Shown: one piece after another, positions 35,056 to 48,497 of the stretch | Position numbering within the stretch: the first letter of the stretch is position 1 | Layout of the letters: the number at the start of each line of letters is the position of its first letter | Source: the human T2T-CHM13v2.0 reference genome, Homo sapiens | Length of the DNA: 64,000 nucleotides | Assembly (NCBI GenBank): GCA_009914755.4 | Contig: CP086569.2 | Span: 2,080,001 to 2,144,000, forward strand | Direction of reading: 5' to 3' | Translations under genes and position numbers: made by a program | The notes under the pieces: model-generated | Told to the model about the DNA's origin: nothing | The model's database searches: none | The model's input: the letters and a program-made list of their open reading frames with translations, nothing else

Positions 35056-35108
35056 GCATTCATCTTAAAGTAAGATTGACAGCAAAGCATCAATAAAGAC
35101 TGCAAACC

Positions 35109-35409
35109 GGCCACGTGCAGTGGCTTCACGCCTGTAATCCCAGCACTTTGGGAGGCTAAGGTGGGCGGATCACCTGAGGTCAGAAGTTTGAGACCAGCCT
35201 GACTAACATGGTGAAACCCCATCTCTACTAAAAATTAAAAAATTAGCCGGGCGAGATGGCTGGCGCCTGTAATCCTGCCTCAGGAGGGTGAGGCAGGAGA
35301 ATCGCTTGAACCCAGGAGGCGGACATTGCGGTGAGCCGAGATCACGCCACTGCACTCCAGCCTGGGGGACAGAGCAAGACTCCATCTCAAAATAAAAAAA
35401 AAAAAAAAA
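35109..35409 (+). mobile_element. Alu SINE (unit 1 of the tandem array)
   Basis: GGCCACGTGCAGTGGCTTCACGCCTGTAATCCCAGCACTTTGGGAGGCTAAGGTGGGCGGATCACCTGAGGTCAGAAGTTTGAGACCAGCC. Confidence 0.9.
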
Positions 35410-35587
35410 TGGTCGTTCATTTCAGGAACAGAATGATCTAGGAGAGTACTGGACTGCAGAGGAGAGGGAAGGAGAGAGCAGGTGGAGCTTCATATATTCA
35501 CACATTACAGAATGTATACACATACATATATATGCATTCGTCTTAAAGTAAGATTGACAGCAAAGCATCAACAAAGACCTGCAAACT

Positions 35588-35885
<298 letters not shown>

Positions 35886-36149
35886 TTAAAAAATAAAAAC
35901 AGCTTAAAAATAAAGTAAAATAACATAAAAGCTTAAAATATAAAATAAAATTTAAGAGGTCATTCATTTCAGGAAAAGACTGATCTACGAGAATTGGACT
36001 GCAGAGGAAAGAGAGGGAGAGAGCAGCTGGAGCTTCATATATTCACACATTACAGAATGTATATACATATATATACGCATTCATCTTAAAGTAAGAGTGA
36101 CAGCAAAGCATCAATAAAGACCTTCAATCCATACTCTGACAAGTTCCTT

Positions 36150-36660
36150 TGTCCAGTGGTCCTCAAGCTTTTTGGCACCAGGAACCAGTTTCATGGAAGA
36201 CCATTTTTCCACTGATGTGGGGTGGGGGATGGTTTGGGAATGATTGAAGTGCATTCTATTTATCATGCACTTTATTTCTATTATTATTACACTGTAATAG
36301 AGAATGAAGTAATTATGAAACTCACCATCGTGTAGAATCAGTGGAAGCCCTGAGCTTGTTTTCCTGCAACTAGACGGTCCCATCTGCGTGCGGGTGATGA
36401 GAGCCAGTGACAGATCATCAGGCATTAGATTTTCATACGGAGCACGCCACCTAGGTCCCTCACATGTTCAGTTCACAGTAGGGTTCATGCTCCTATGAGA
36501 CTCTAATGCCACCACTGATCTCATAGGAGGCAGAGCTCAGGAGGTAATATGAGCTATGGGGAGCAGCTGTCAATACAGATGAAGCTTTGCTCACTCACAC
36601 TCTACTCACCTCCTGCTGCACAGCCCAGTTACTAAAAGGCTGGGGACCGGTACTGGATGC
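36150..36660. mobile_element. unclassified interspersed repeat fragment (non-Alu, non-L1)
   Basis: ggtcctcaagctttttggcaccaggaaccagtttcatggaagaccatttttccactgatgtggggtggggg...cattagattttcatacggagcacgccacctaggtccctcacatg... resembles a common primate repeat consensus; family not assigned. Confidence 0.3.
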
Positions 36661-36815
36661 AAGGATACAAGGATGCAAGAGATGCTAAAATTCATTAAAA
36701 TGGGTCCACGGATGCCCTGCATTCTTCACACTCTCCAATTAATCTTGTGAATTCAGCATTGAGTCACTGAAGGTCACAGTGAGTCCCACTTCTGATTTAC
36801 CCACTTTTGAAATGA

Positions 36816-37205
<390 letters not shown>

Positions 37206-37257
37206 GAAGATGCCGCATCCAGCTCATTTCTGCTTTTTAAATGTTTTTCTTTCTTTC

Positions 37258-37318
37258 TTTTTTTTTTTGAAACGGAGTCTCGCTCTGTCACCCAGGCTGG
37301 AGTGCAGTGGCGGGATCT
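37258..37318 (-). mobile_element. short antisense Alu 3'-end fragment
   Basis: TTTTTTTTTGAAACGGAGTCTCGCTCTGTCACCCAGGCTGGAGTGCAGTGGCGGGATCTC. Confidence 0.8.
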
Positions 37319-37319
37319 C

Positions 37320-37620
37320 TAGCCTTCATCTTTCTCCCATGCTGGATGCTTCCTGCCCTCGAACATCAAGACCCCAGGGTCTTTGGGTTTTGGACCGTTG
37401 GACCTACACCAGTGATTTGCCAGGGGCTCCTGGACCTTCGACCACAGACTGAAGGCCGCACTCTCAGCTTGCCTACTTTTGAGGTTTTGGGCCTTGGACT
37501 GGCTTCCTGGCTCCTCAGCTTGCAGACGGCCTATTGTGGGACTTCACCTTGTGATCGTGTGAGTCAATTATCCTAGTAAACTCCCCTTCATATACACATC
37601 AGTCCTATTCGTTCTGTCCC
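37320..37620. mobile_element. LTR-like interspersed repeat fragment (MaLR/ERVL-like)
   Basis: ...ctggaccttcgaccacagactgaaggccgcactctcagcttgcctacttttgaggttttgggccttggactggcttcctggctcctcagcttgcagacggcctattgtgggacttcacc... matches a familiar LTR consensus pattern. Confidence 0.35.
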
Positions 37621-38513
37621 TGTAGATCACCCTGACTTGAACAGCATGAAGAGCAACGCTGTAACCAGCCCTGTCCTGACTGAGGCAGCCGAATGAGAAT
37701 CAGCAATGAGGAGCTACAGACGACGCAGACGGCACCAGTAGCTACCGCCCAGGATGCATGGACACTCTAGTTTCCACAGCCACATTCAAGTTCTGGAACA
37801 CCACGGCTTCCGGCTGTCTTCAGTGAAGACGGAGCACGTGTCAGTCCCAGGGTGCAATGATCACACCTCGGAGCTTTCCAAAATTCTATCTCATCACGTT
37901 CACCAACAAAGACATCCAAGGAGCAGAATTCAAAGTCAAGGAAGCCTGTGAAATTCACAAGGAGCAAGAAGAACAAAGGCTAAGGACTATTTGACAGGAG
38001 GGGAAGAGGCCTGGTCCCTGGGTTCTCCAAGGCAACGCGGTGGAATGTGTTTTGACGTGTCTTCAAGTCTGAAAGGAACCTGGTCCTTCCATTCCCTGGA
38101 TGCTATGTCTCTCTTAGTGGCTTTGCAATGATGTCATCTGTGGACACAGATCTGCATGAGTGACAGTTCTGCAGAGAAACAACCAGTAGGATATATATAT
38201 AGAGAGAAAGAGATTTTAAAGAACTGGCTCCCAAGATGTGGGGGAGGGGCAAAACCAAAATGTGCAGGGTAGACCAGCAGGCCAGATGCCCATGGAGACA
38301 TGATGTCGCAGCTCAAGTCTGAAGGTGGATTCCAGATAGAATTCCCTCTTCCTTGGAGGAGGGACTCTTTTTACCTCTTAAGACCTTCCACTGATTAGGC
38401 AAGGCCCACCCACATTATGAACAGCTATCGGCTTCACTCAAAGTCTACTGAAAATCTCATTATTGGGTACACACCCAGAGGAATATAAATTGTTCTACCA
38501 TAAAGACTCACAC

Positions 38514-38760
<247 letters not shown>

Positions 38761-39109
38761 TCAATCAACACGTATTTTGTATTTATATATATTATATACT
38801 ACATTCTCAACACATGTTTGTATTTATTTTGTGTTTCTATGTATTATATACTGCATTCTTACAGTAAAGTAAGCTAGAGAAAAGAAAATGCTATTAAGAA
38901 AATCTTAAGGAAGAGAAAACATATGTACTACTCATCGAGTGGAAGTGGATCATCCTAAAGGTCTCCATCCTCATCGTCTCCACGCTGAAGAAGCTGAGGA
39001 GGAGGAGGAGGAACAAAAAGGGTTGTTCTTGCTGTCTCGGGGGTGGCAGAGGTGGCAGAAAATCCACATATAAATGGACCTATGGAGTTTACACCTGTGT
39101 TGTTCAAAG

Positions 39110-39215
39110 GTCAACTGTATATATTATAATATATATGATATATGATGATATATAATTACATTGTATAATATATTATGGGTGTCTATGTGTGTGTGTATAT
39201 ATATATATTCAGTTC
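39110..39215. repeat. (TA)n/(TG)n-rich simple sequence
   Basis: tatatattataatatatatgatatatgatgatatataatt...gtgtgtgtgtatatatatatatt. Confidence 0.8.
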
Positions 39216-39764
39216 CATCCAGGTATGGATAATAAAGCCCAGTACGTATGCAACACACTGGCCATCAGCGTCACGCCTAGTTATCATGCTGGCCGGTAAA
39301 CAACGTGTCTTTGCAGTCCTGTGCCTGAGATCATACCCTTCCCAGTGCCACAGGTCCCCAAATCACTGCATTATTTCTAGAAAAACCCAGCCGCGATTTC
39401 CTAGAAACAAGAACCCCAGGAAGTGTAATCAAGTACCATCTTCTGGAAATTGAGACATCTGAGATGAAAAGTGTGACTTGTTAACTGCCACGTAGAAGCT
39501 CTCAGGAATATTCCCTTTCCGAAGACATTTGTACAAACTGAAGGGTTCTGTACTAACAGAGAATGCTATTGCCTCTTTCCCCAAGGAAACACAGCTTAAG
39601 GAATGTTCCCCTCAATGCACCATCTGTCACCAGACACGTGCGTGTTCCGTCACATGTCACTATGATAAGACAATGACTTGTGTGTGTGTCAATCTAGAAG
39701 CTGAGTATTACCTTGAAATCAAGAGGGAGGCGGAGTTTCTCAACCTCATTTTACTTTTTATTTG

Positions 39765-40055
<291 letters not shown>

Positions 40056-40447
40056 CTCAACCTTACTTTAGCCCAGGGGTCTAACTCCTGGGCAGATATC
40101 CTAAGATTCTTACAGAAAACCAAAGGCAAACAAGTCCAGTCAAGGCAGCATGCAAAACCACCATACTTGGCAAGTGATGTACATTCTCTACCCATTCTCC
40201 AAGGGGAGTTCTGCCTCTCCGGACACAGCACCCCGAAACGAGACCCTGTTACTCAAATGAGCTGCATGACAGGGGAAATGATGGATCAAGCAATGACAGC
40301 ATTTGGGCTCTGCTCTTATTTTTAACTTGTATCACATGCTGGGCACCGTTACACTCACCTGGAAGCAATGCTTTAAGGACAAGTTCTTTCCAACAGTGAG
40401 AATAACTCGTGTGAGAGAAGATGAGATGGTAAAAAAAAGAGCCAATG

Positions 40448-40835
<388 letters not shown>

Positions 40836-41269
40836 CTAAAAATCTAAAATCTGCTTATTCCACAGCCCCTCAGTAGGCTGCTACTGTTTGTTTTTAGCCG
40901 TCTACTAAATTTCATTGATACATGTTTCTGCCTTCTTGGTGATCCCAAATACAACAATTTATTCACACATGAAATTGAAAATGTGATAATTCTGCAAGCA
41001 CACACCCCTTAAGATATGACTCTCAGCTCACAGGCTTTCTCCTCTAAACATTTATATTCAGTAACAGGTATTTGATTCCTCTTGAATTTTAATGAGGAAG
41101 GCACTTACGAGGACTCTTAGAGGCCGTGTTTAAGGGTCATTCATTATGCCCTCCATTAAATCAAGTGGCAACAGCAAACCACGCAGGTGAGGAGACCTGG
41201 GCGGCAGACGGGACAGTGTCTGAGGGTATGTGTTTGGGTTTCTCTAGCTGTTGAACAATTACACACATG

Positions 41270-41570
41270 AGGGACTGGGCACTGTGCCCCATGCCTGTAA
41301 TCCCAGCACTCTGGGAGGCCCAGGTGGGAAGATCCATTGAGGCCCAGAGTTCCAGACGAACCTGGGAAACATAGTGAGACGCCATCTCTACAAATAATTT
41401 TTTTAAAAACTTGCCTGGGCATGATGGCACACACCTGGAGTCCCAGCTATCATGAGGCTGAGGTGGGAGCATGGCTTGAGTCCAGGAGGTCAAAGCTGCA
41501 GTGAGCCATGATCATGCCACTGCACTCTAGCCTGTGGGACACAGCAAGACCCAGTCTCCAAAAAAAAAAT
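41270..41570 (+). mobile_element. Alu SINE (AluJ-like)
   Basis: GGGACTGGGCACTGTGCCCCATGCCTGTAATCCCAGCACTCTGGGAGGCCCAGGTGGGAAGATCCATTGAGGCCCAGAGTTCCAGACGAACC. Confidence 0.85.
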
Positions 41571-41598
41571 GTTAAAAATTAAAAATAATAAAAAATTA

Positions 41599-41892
<294 letters not shown>

Positions 41893-42197
41893 ACATTAGA
41901 TAGTACCGGACACGCTGGGTTGGACACAGGGCCGAAAAGGGCTAACTATAAACAACTTTTAGGCAATTTCCGAAAAAGTTGCATGTCAGAAAAAGGAAAG
42001 GTGGGCTTTCCCAGGAACTGCGTACCACCTATATTTTGCCGTGACCAGGATTTTTATATAAGCCCACGTCCTATGTGTATTTCACAGCACTAACCTTCAC
42101 CTTCAAAACAAGGAGCGTTTCTTTGACTCCTCCTTCTTGGAAAATTTATCAATCAAGAAAAAAAAAAGCTTAACCATTACTGTATTTTTTTAAAGAA

Positions 42198-42261
42198 TGG
42201 TATTTGCTACAATCTGAAAGTTTGTGTTCCTCCCCCAAATTCCTGCGTTGAAATCCTCACC
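42198..42261 (+). mobile_element. 5' end of a MaLR LTR, truncated where VNTR array 1 begins
   Basis: tggtatttgctacaatctgaaagtttgtgttcctcccccaaattcctgcgttgaaatcctcacccccaag is identical to the starts of the LTRs at 47497 and 59579 and then joins directly to the VNTR. Confidence 0.6.
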
Positions 42262-44188
42262 CCCAAGGGACCGCTGCCGTGGGTACACTGAAGACTTTCC
42301 CTAAGAATGCGGCCAAGGGACCGCTGCCCTGTACACAAGGAAGAGGTTCCCTAAGAATGCGGCCAAGGGACCACCGCCATGTACACACTGAAGATGTTCC
42401 CTAACAATGTGGCCAAGGGACCACCCTGAAGACGTTCCCTAAGCATGCAGCCAAGGGACTGCCACCGTGTACACACTGAAAACATTCCCTAAGAATGCAG
42501 CAAAGGAACAGCACTGAAGATGTTCTCTAGGCATGTGGCCAAGGGACTGCCACCGTGTACACACTGAGGACGTTCCCTAAGCATGTGGCTAAGGGACTCC
42601 GCCATGTACACACTGAAGATGTTCCCTAAGAATGTGGCCAAGGGACCGACGCCATGTACACACTGAACACATTTCCTAAGAATGTGGTCAAGGGACCGCA
42701 CTGAAGACGTTCCCTAAGAATGCAGCCAAGGGACCGCTGCTGTGTATTCACTAAAGACATTCCCTAAGTTTGTGGCTAAGGGACCGCCATCATGTACACA
42801 CTGAAGATGTTCCCGAAGAACGTGGCAAAGGGACCGCACTGAAGACGTTCCAGAAGTGTGCGGCCAAGGGACTACCACCATGTACACACTAAAGACATTC
42901 CCTAAGAATGTGGCTAAGGGACTGCCGCCATGTACACACTAAAAATGTTCCCTAAGAATGTGGCCAAGGGACCCACACCATGTACAAACTGAAGACGTTC
43001 CCTAAGAATGTGGACAGGGGACTGCCGCTGTGTAGGCACTGAAGACATTCCCTAAGCATGTGGCCAAGGGACCTCACTGAAGACGTTCCCTAAGAATGTG
43101 GCCAAGGGACCGCCACCGTGTACACACTGCAGACGTTCCCTAAGCATGTGGCCCAAGGGACGACAGCTGTGTACACACTGAAGACGGTCTCGAGGCTTGT
43201 GGCTAAGGGACCACCGCCATGTACACACTGAAGATGGTCCCTAACAATGCGGCCAAGAGACCACCGCCATGTACACACTGAAGACGGTCCCTAAGAATGC
43301 GGCCAAGGGACCACCTCCATGTACACACTGAAGACATTCCCTAAGCATGGGCTAAGGGACGGTAGCCATGTACACACTGAAGAAGTTCCCTAAAAATGTG
43401 GCCAAGGGACCACCGCCATGTACTCACTGAAGATGTTCCCTAAGAATGTGGCCAAGGGATCGACACCATGTACAGAAGAAGACGTTCCCTAAGAATGTGG
43501 ACAAGGGACTGCCACTGTGTAGGCACTGAAGACATTCCCTAAGAAAGCAGCCAAGGGACCGCAAGGAAGATGTTCCCAAAGAATGGGGCCAAGGGACCGT
43601 TGCAGTGTACACACTGAACATGTTAGCTATGTATGTGGCTGAGGGGCCGCCGCCATGTACGCACTGAAGCCATGTACGCACTAAAGACATTCCCTAAGAA
43701 TGCAGCCAAGGGACGGCACTGAAGACATTCCCTAGGCATGAGGCCAAGGGACCGCCACGGGTACACACTGAAGACATTCCCTAAGCATGTGGCTAAGGGA
43801 CCACCGCCCTGTACACAAACCGTGTACACACTGAAGATATTCCCTAAGAATGTGGCCAAGGAACAGCACTGAAGACGTTCCCTAAGCTTGTGGCTAAGGG
43901 ACCACCGCCCTGTACACAAACCGTGTACACACTGAAGATATTCCCTAAGAATGTGGCCAAGGAACACCACTGAAGACGTTCCCTAAGCATGCAGCCAAGG
44001 GACTGCCACCGTGTACACACTGAAGACATTCACTAAGAATGTGGCTAAGGGACTGCTGCCATGTACACACTGAAGATGTTCCCAAGCATGTGACCAAGGG
44101 ACCAACGCCGTATACACACTGAAGATGTTTCCAAAGAATATGACCAAGGGACCGCCACCTTGTACACAGTAAAGACATTCCCCAAGGT
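42262..44188. repeat. VNTR array 1: about 50-bp unit (with 38-bp variant units), about 39 copies
   Basis: ccaagggaccgccgccatgtacacactgaagacgttccctaagaatgtgg repeated head to tail; the short variant lacks ccgccatgtaca. Confidence 0.95.
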
Positions 44189-44636
44189 TCAGTCATGGGC
44201 CTGTGAAACATCACAGGAAAGAATGATGTGCAGGATCCAGTTATTCCACCATAAGGTGTGTACCCAAAGGAAAGGAAATCAGCCCATCAACGGGATACCT
44301 GCACCCCCTGTGCACTGCAGCACTACTCACAGTTTCCAAGATATAGAATCAACCCATGTGTCAATCAACACATGAGTGCCTCAAGCAAATGTGGCATAGA
44401 CACACAGTGGAATAGTATGCAGCCATGAAAAAGGAAATCCTGCCATTTGCAACAACATGGATGGGACTGGAAAATACAATGTGAAGTGAAATAAACCAGG
44501 CACAGAGAGAATACCATATCATCTCGTATGTAGAATCTAAAAAAGCTGAATGCATAAAAGCAGAGAGTGCAATGGTGGTTGCCAGGGAAGAATGCTTCAT
44601 GAAGTGTTTGTCAAAGAACATAACATTTCAGTTGGA
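44189..44636 (+). mobile_element. old L1 3' region fragment (copy 1 of HOR)
   Basis: ...ccataaggtgtgtacccaaaggaaaggaaatcagcccatcaacgggatacctgcaccccctgtgcactgcagcactactcacagtttccaagatatagaatcaacccatgtgtcaatcaacacatgagtgcc...tggaatagtatgcagccatgaaaaaggaaatcctgccatttgcaacaacatggatgg. Confidence 0.8.
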
Positions 44637-45062
44637 GGCCAGGAGCGGTGGCTTATGTCCGGAATCACAATGCTATGGAAGGCTGAGGAAGGAGGACCAC
44701 TGAAGGCCAGAAGTTTGAGACAAGCCTGGGCAACGTAATGAAACCCCATCTCTAAAAAAAAAACAAAAACAAAAAAATTAGCTGGGTATGGTGGCATGCA
44801 CCTGTAGTCCCAGCTACTTGGGAGGCTGAGGCAGGAGGATCACTTCAGCCCAGGAATTCAAGACCAGCCTGAGCAACATAGCAAGATCCCATCTACATAA
44901 AAAATTTAAAAATTAACCAGGTGTGGTGGTGTGCACCTGTAGTCCCAGCTACCTGGGAGGCTCAGGAGGGTCACCTGAGCCAGGAGTTGGAGGCTGCAGT
45001 GAGCTATGAACATGACGCTGCACTCCACCGTGGGTGATAGGGTGAGACTGTCTCAAAAAAAT
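44637..45062 (+). mobile_element. Alu with an extra left monomer (trimeric Alu)
   Basis: GGCCAGGAGCGGTGGCTTATGTCCGGAATCACAATGC...then GCTGGGTATGGTGGCATGCACCTGTAGTCCCAGCTACTTGGGAGGCTGAGGCAGGAGGATCACTTCAGCC...then CCAGGTGTGGTGGTGTGCACCTGTAGTCCCAGCTACCTGGGAGG...GTGAGACTGTCTCAAAAAAA. Confidence 0.8.
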
Positions 45063-45244
45063 ATAAATTACATTAAAATTAAATTTTTTCAGTTACATAA
45101 AAGAAATAAATTCAAAGATCTATCACACCACAGTGATCATAGTTAATAATACATCGCATCTTTCAAAATGACTAAAAGTAGATTTTACATATTCTGACCA
45201 CAAAAAAAAGTAGGTGAGGTGATATAGGTTAGAGTTAAGGTTAT

Positions 45245-45355
45245 GTGAATATGTTAATTAGCTTGTTAATATGTTAATTAGCTTGATTGTTAATGTGTTT
45301 ATTAGCTTGATTATTAATATGTTAATTGACTTGATTGTTAATATAGTATCTAGCT
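45245..45355. repeat. AT-rich short tandem repeat, about 24-bp unit (ttaatatgttaattagcttgat), 4-5 copies; recurs in each HOR copy (50585-50690, 56070-56190)
   Basis: atgttaattagcttgttaatatgttaattagcttgattgttaatgtgtttattagcttgattattaatatgttaattgacttgattgttaatat. Confidence 0.9.
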
Positions 45356-45630
45356 TGATTTAATCACCGCACAATGTGTACTTGGATTAAAACATCACGT
45401 ACCTCATATATATGTATACGATTATTTTTTGTTAATGAACAATACATTTTCTATAAAAATGACTCGCATTTCCAGGCAGAAAGCAAAACAAGTCCCAGTT
45501 TTGAGGACAGCTGTGACATATTTAATGGTGTCTCTTCTTAATTCAACACAGTTTACACGACCATGACACAAGGGGTTCCAAGTTTCCAAGGAAAGGATTC
45601 CAGTTATGTGCTCAAGGTGTATCCACACTG

Positions 45631-46089
<459 letters not shown>

Positions 46090-46230
46090 TCATCCTCCTG
46101 AGTACATGCAAGGTGCACTGAGACAGCTCCCCATAGAACTCCAAAAATAGCCCAGCTGGGAAGAAATGGAACATTCTGGGGGACACTGATTTTCATATTG
46201 AAATTTCCTATCTTTTTAAATTTATTGTGG

Positions 46231-46656
46231 TTGAGACAGGGTCACACCCAGGCGATTGCCCAACCTGGAGTGCAGTGGCATGATGCTAGCTCACTGCAGC
46301 CTCAACCTCCTTGGGCTCAGGCGATCCTTCAGCCTCAGCCTCCCAAGTAGCTGTGACCACACACGCGTGCCACCACATTTGGCTAATTTTTATGTTTGTA
46401 TTTTTAGACACAGCACCTCTCGCTTGGTTGCCCAGGCTGTGGTCACAGCTCACTGCAGCCTCCAACTCCCACGCTCAAGTGATCCTCCCACCTCTGCCTC
46501 CTGAGTAGCTGGGAATATAAGCACATACTAATTTTTTCTATTTTTAGTAGAGATGGAGTTTGGCCATGTTGCCCAGGCTGGTCTCAATCTCCTGTACTCA
46601 AGCGATCCACCGGCCTAAAGTGCTGGGATTACGGGCGTGAGCCACCACGCCTGGCC
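46231..46656 (-). mobile_element. antisense rearranged Alu cluster (about 1.5 Alu)
   Basis: GAGACAGGGTCACACCCAGGCGATTGCCCAACCTGGAGTGCAGTGGCATGATGCTAGCTCACTGCAGCCTCAACCTCC...GTAGAGATGGAGTTTGGCCATGTTGCCCAGGCTGGTCTCAATCTCC...GGGCGTGAGCCACCACGCCTGGCC. Confidence 0.8.
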
Positions 46657-47070
46657 ATGCAGCTGTTTTAATAAGCAATTCTGAGAAGACACAAATGCCC
46701 CCCTGCTCTTTTGTAATAATACTAACACAGATTACCGAATTACACTGACGAAAACCTCACATGCGTTACCTAAGGAAACACAGAGCCCCCAGTGTTAGAT
46801 CTGAATTGTTTCTCCACCCAGGACAAATAAGTGCATTCCAATTAGTGCCTCAAAAAAAAAAGGAAAAAAGTACCAATAAATAAATAAATAAATAAAACAC
46901 AGTAGAGCAGTTTCAACAAACTCCAGCCCTTATTTTTGGAAGGCCCACTTGTCAAGAACAGTGTTTATGTTTATAAATGTTTTTTCTGAATTTCTCAATG
47001 CTTAGGGAAAAAAAGTCAAAAGAGCAATATTATTTCTTGACACAACATTTATATAAAATTTAGTAATCCA

Positions 47071-47197
47071 AACTACTCAGGAGGCTGAGACAGGAGAATC
47101 GCTCGAACCCGGGAGGTGAAGGTTGCAGCGAGCCAAGATCGCGTCACTGTACTCCAGGCTTGGCAACAAGAGCAAAACTCTGTCTCAAAAAAAAAGA
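47071..47197 (+). mobile_element. Alu right-arm fragment
   Basis: AAACTACTCAGGAGGCTGAGACAGGAGAATCGCTCGAACCCGGGAGGTGAAGGTTGCAGCGAGCCAAGATCGCGTCACTGTACTCCAGGC. Confidence 0.8.
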
Positions 47198-47496
47198 ATG
47201 TTAGATAGTATCGGACATGCTGGGTTGGACACAGGACTGAAGAGCTAACTATAAACAATTTTAGGCAATTTCCACAAAAGTTACATGTCAGAAAAAGGAA
47301 AGGTGGGCTTTCCCAGGTTCTGCGTACCACCTATATTTTACCGTGACCAAGATTTTATAAGCCCAAGTCCCACGTATATTTTACAGCACTAACATTCACC
47401 TTCAAAGCAAGGAGGGTTTCTGTGTCTCCTCCTTCTTGGAAAATTTATCAAATTAAAAAAAAAAAAAGCTTAACTATTACTGTATGTTTTTAAAGA

Positions 47497-47840
47497 ATGG
47501 TATTTGCTATATATAGTCTGAAAGTTTGTATTCCTCCCCCAAATTCCTGCATTGAAATCCTCACCCCTAAGACAATGGAGTCAGGAGGTGGGAGACTTGG
47601 GAGGTGATGAGATCATGGGGATCGAGCCTCATGAATGGGATCAGTGTCCTTATAAAAGGGACCCCAGAGAGCTCCCTCGCCCCTTCCACGCAGAGAAAAT
47701 GCATCATCTATGAACCAGGAAGTGGGTCCCCACCAGACACTGAATCCGCCACGATCTTAAACCTCCAACCTTTAGAACTGTGAGTGACAAATGTCTGTAG
47801 TTTATAAATTACCCAACTGAAGGTATTTTATTTTAGCAGC
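47497..47840 (+). mobile_element. MaLR-type LTR (MLT1/MST-like), 3'-truncated at ...ttttagcagc
   Basis: tggtatttgctatatatagtctgaaagtttgtattcctcccccaaattcctgcattgaaatcctcacccctaagacaatggagtcaggaggtgggagacttgggaggtgatgagatcatgggg...gtccttataaaagggaccccagagagctccctcgcccc... Confidence 0.55.
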
Positions 47841-47975
<135 letters not shown>

Positions 47976-48497
47976 GTTGCATCAAGAATGAAAGGTGCAC
48001 AAAGGCAGCCAGGGATGCAAGCCCCTTCCACCCTGGGCCCTGGAACTGCACAGGCCACCTTCAAAGGTTTCTTTCCTGTCATCCTCCCAAGTCTACACGA
48101 ATATAAAGAAACACACTAGAAGCCTCTGATAGGATGGGGGCATCTCCAGAAATCCGAAGATTCAGGTTCTGAACCTCTGATCTGGGTGGGGCTGGGAGCT
48201 GCAGTTCCAGAAAGCAAATGAAGCCTTGGCTGTGATTCAGACCATTTCTTGGTAGCAAGCGTGTAGGGGAAGAAGAATGTGGACGGGGCAGGGGAAGGAA
48301 TGAATTCGGTCAGGACGGTGGCTGGAGAATGTCTGAGACGGCCACGTGCAGAGAGGAGCAGGCTGGCTGCGTCTCTCACTGTGCCTGGGACAGGCGGTGA
48401 CAGAGAAATGGGATTCCACATGAGAGTCAGAGACACCCAGTGAAGAAACAAAAGCAGCTTACAGGGTGAAAAGGACACAGACAGACACTGACACTCA

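Noticed and set aside
42262-44188. Regular 50-bp periodic array considered as a possible CRISPR array (also at 48498, 53868 and 60585)
   Set aside because: The genome is primate. There are no distinct unique spacers, because the whole 50-bp unit is conserved. There are no cas genes and no leader. It is a eukaryotic minisatellite.
43424-44214. Runs of 60-160-aa minus-strand ORFs with reiterated peptide motifs inside the VNTR arrays (also 48797-49607, 54053-54919, 60518-61772)
   Set aside because: The unit length (50 or 38 bp) is not a multiple of 3, the frames drift, and the motifs simply mirror the repeat. No start context, no splice signals, and no resemblance to known protein families.
45245-45355. 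AT-rich ttaatatgttaattagcttgat repeats considered as clustered transcription-factor (homeobox-like TAAT) sites or a scaffold/matrix attachment region
   Set aside because: Possible, but nothing in the sequence distinguishes this from a simple AT-rich tandem duplication that is copied along with each higher-order repeat unit. No support beyond composition.
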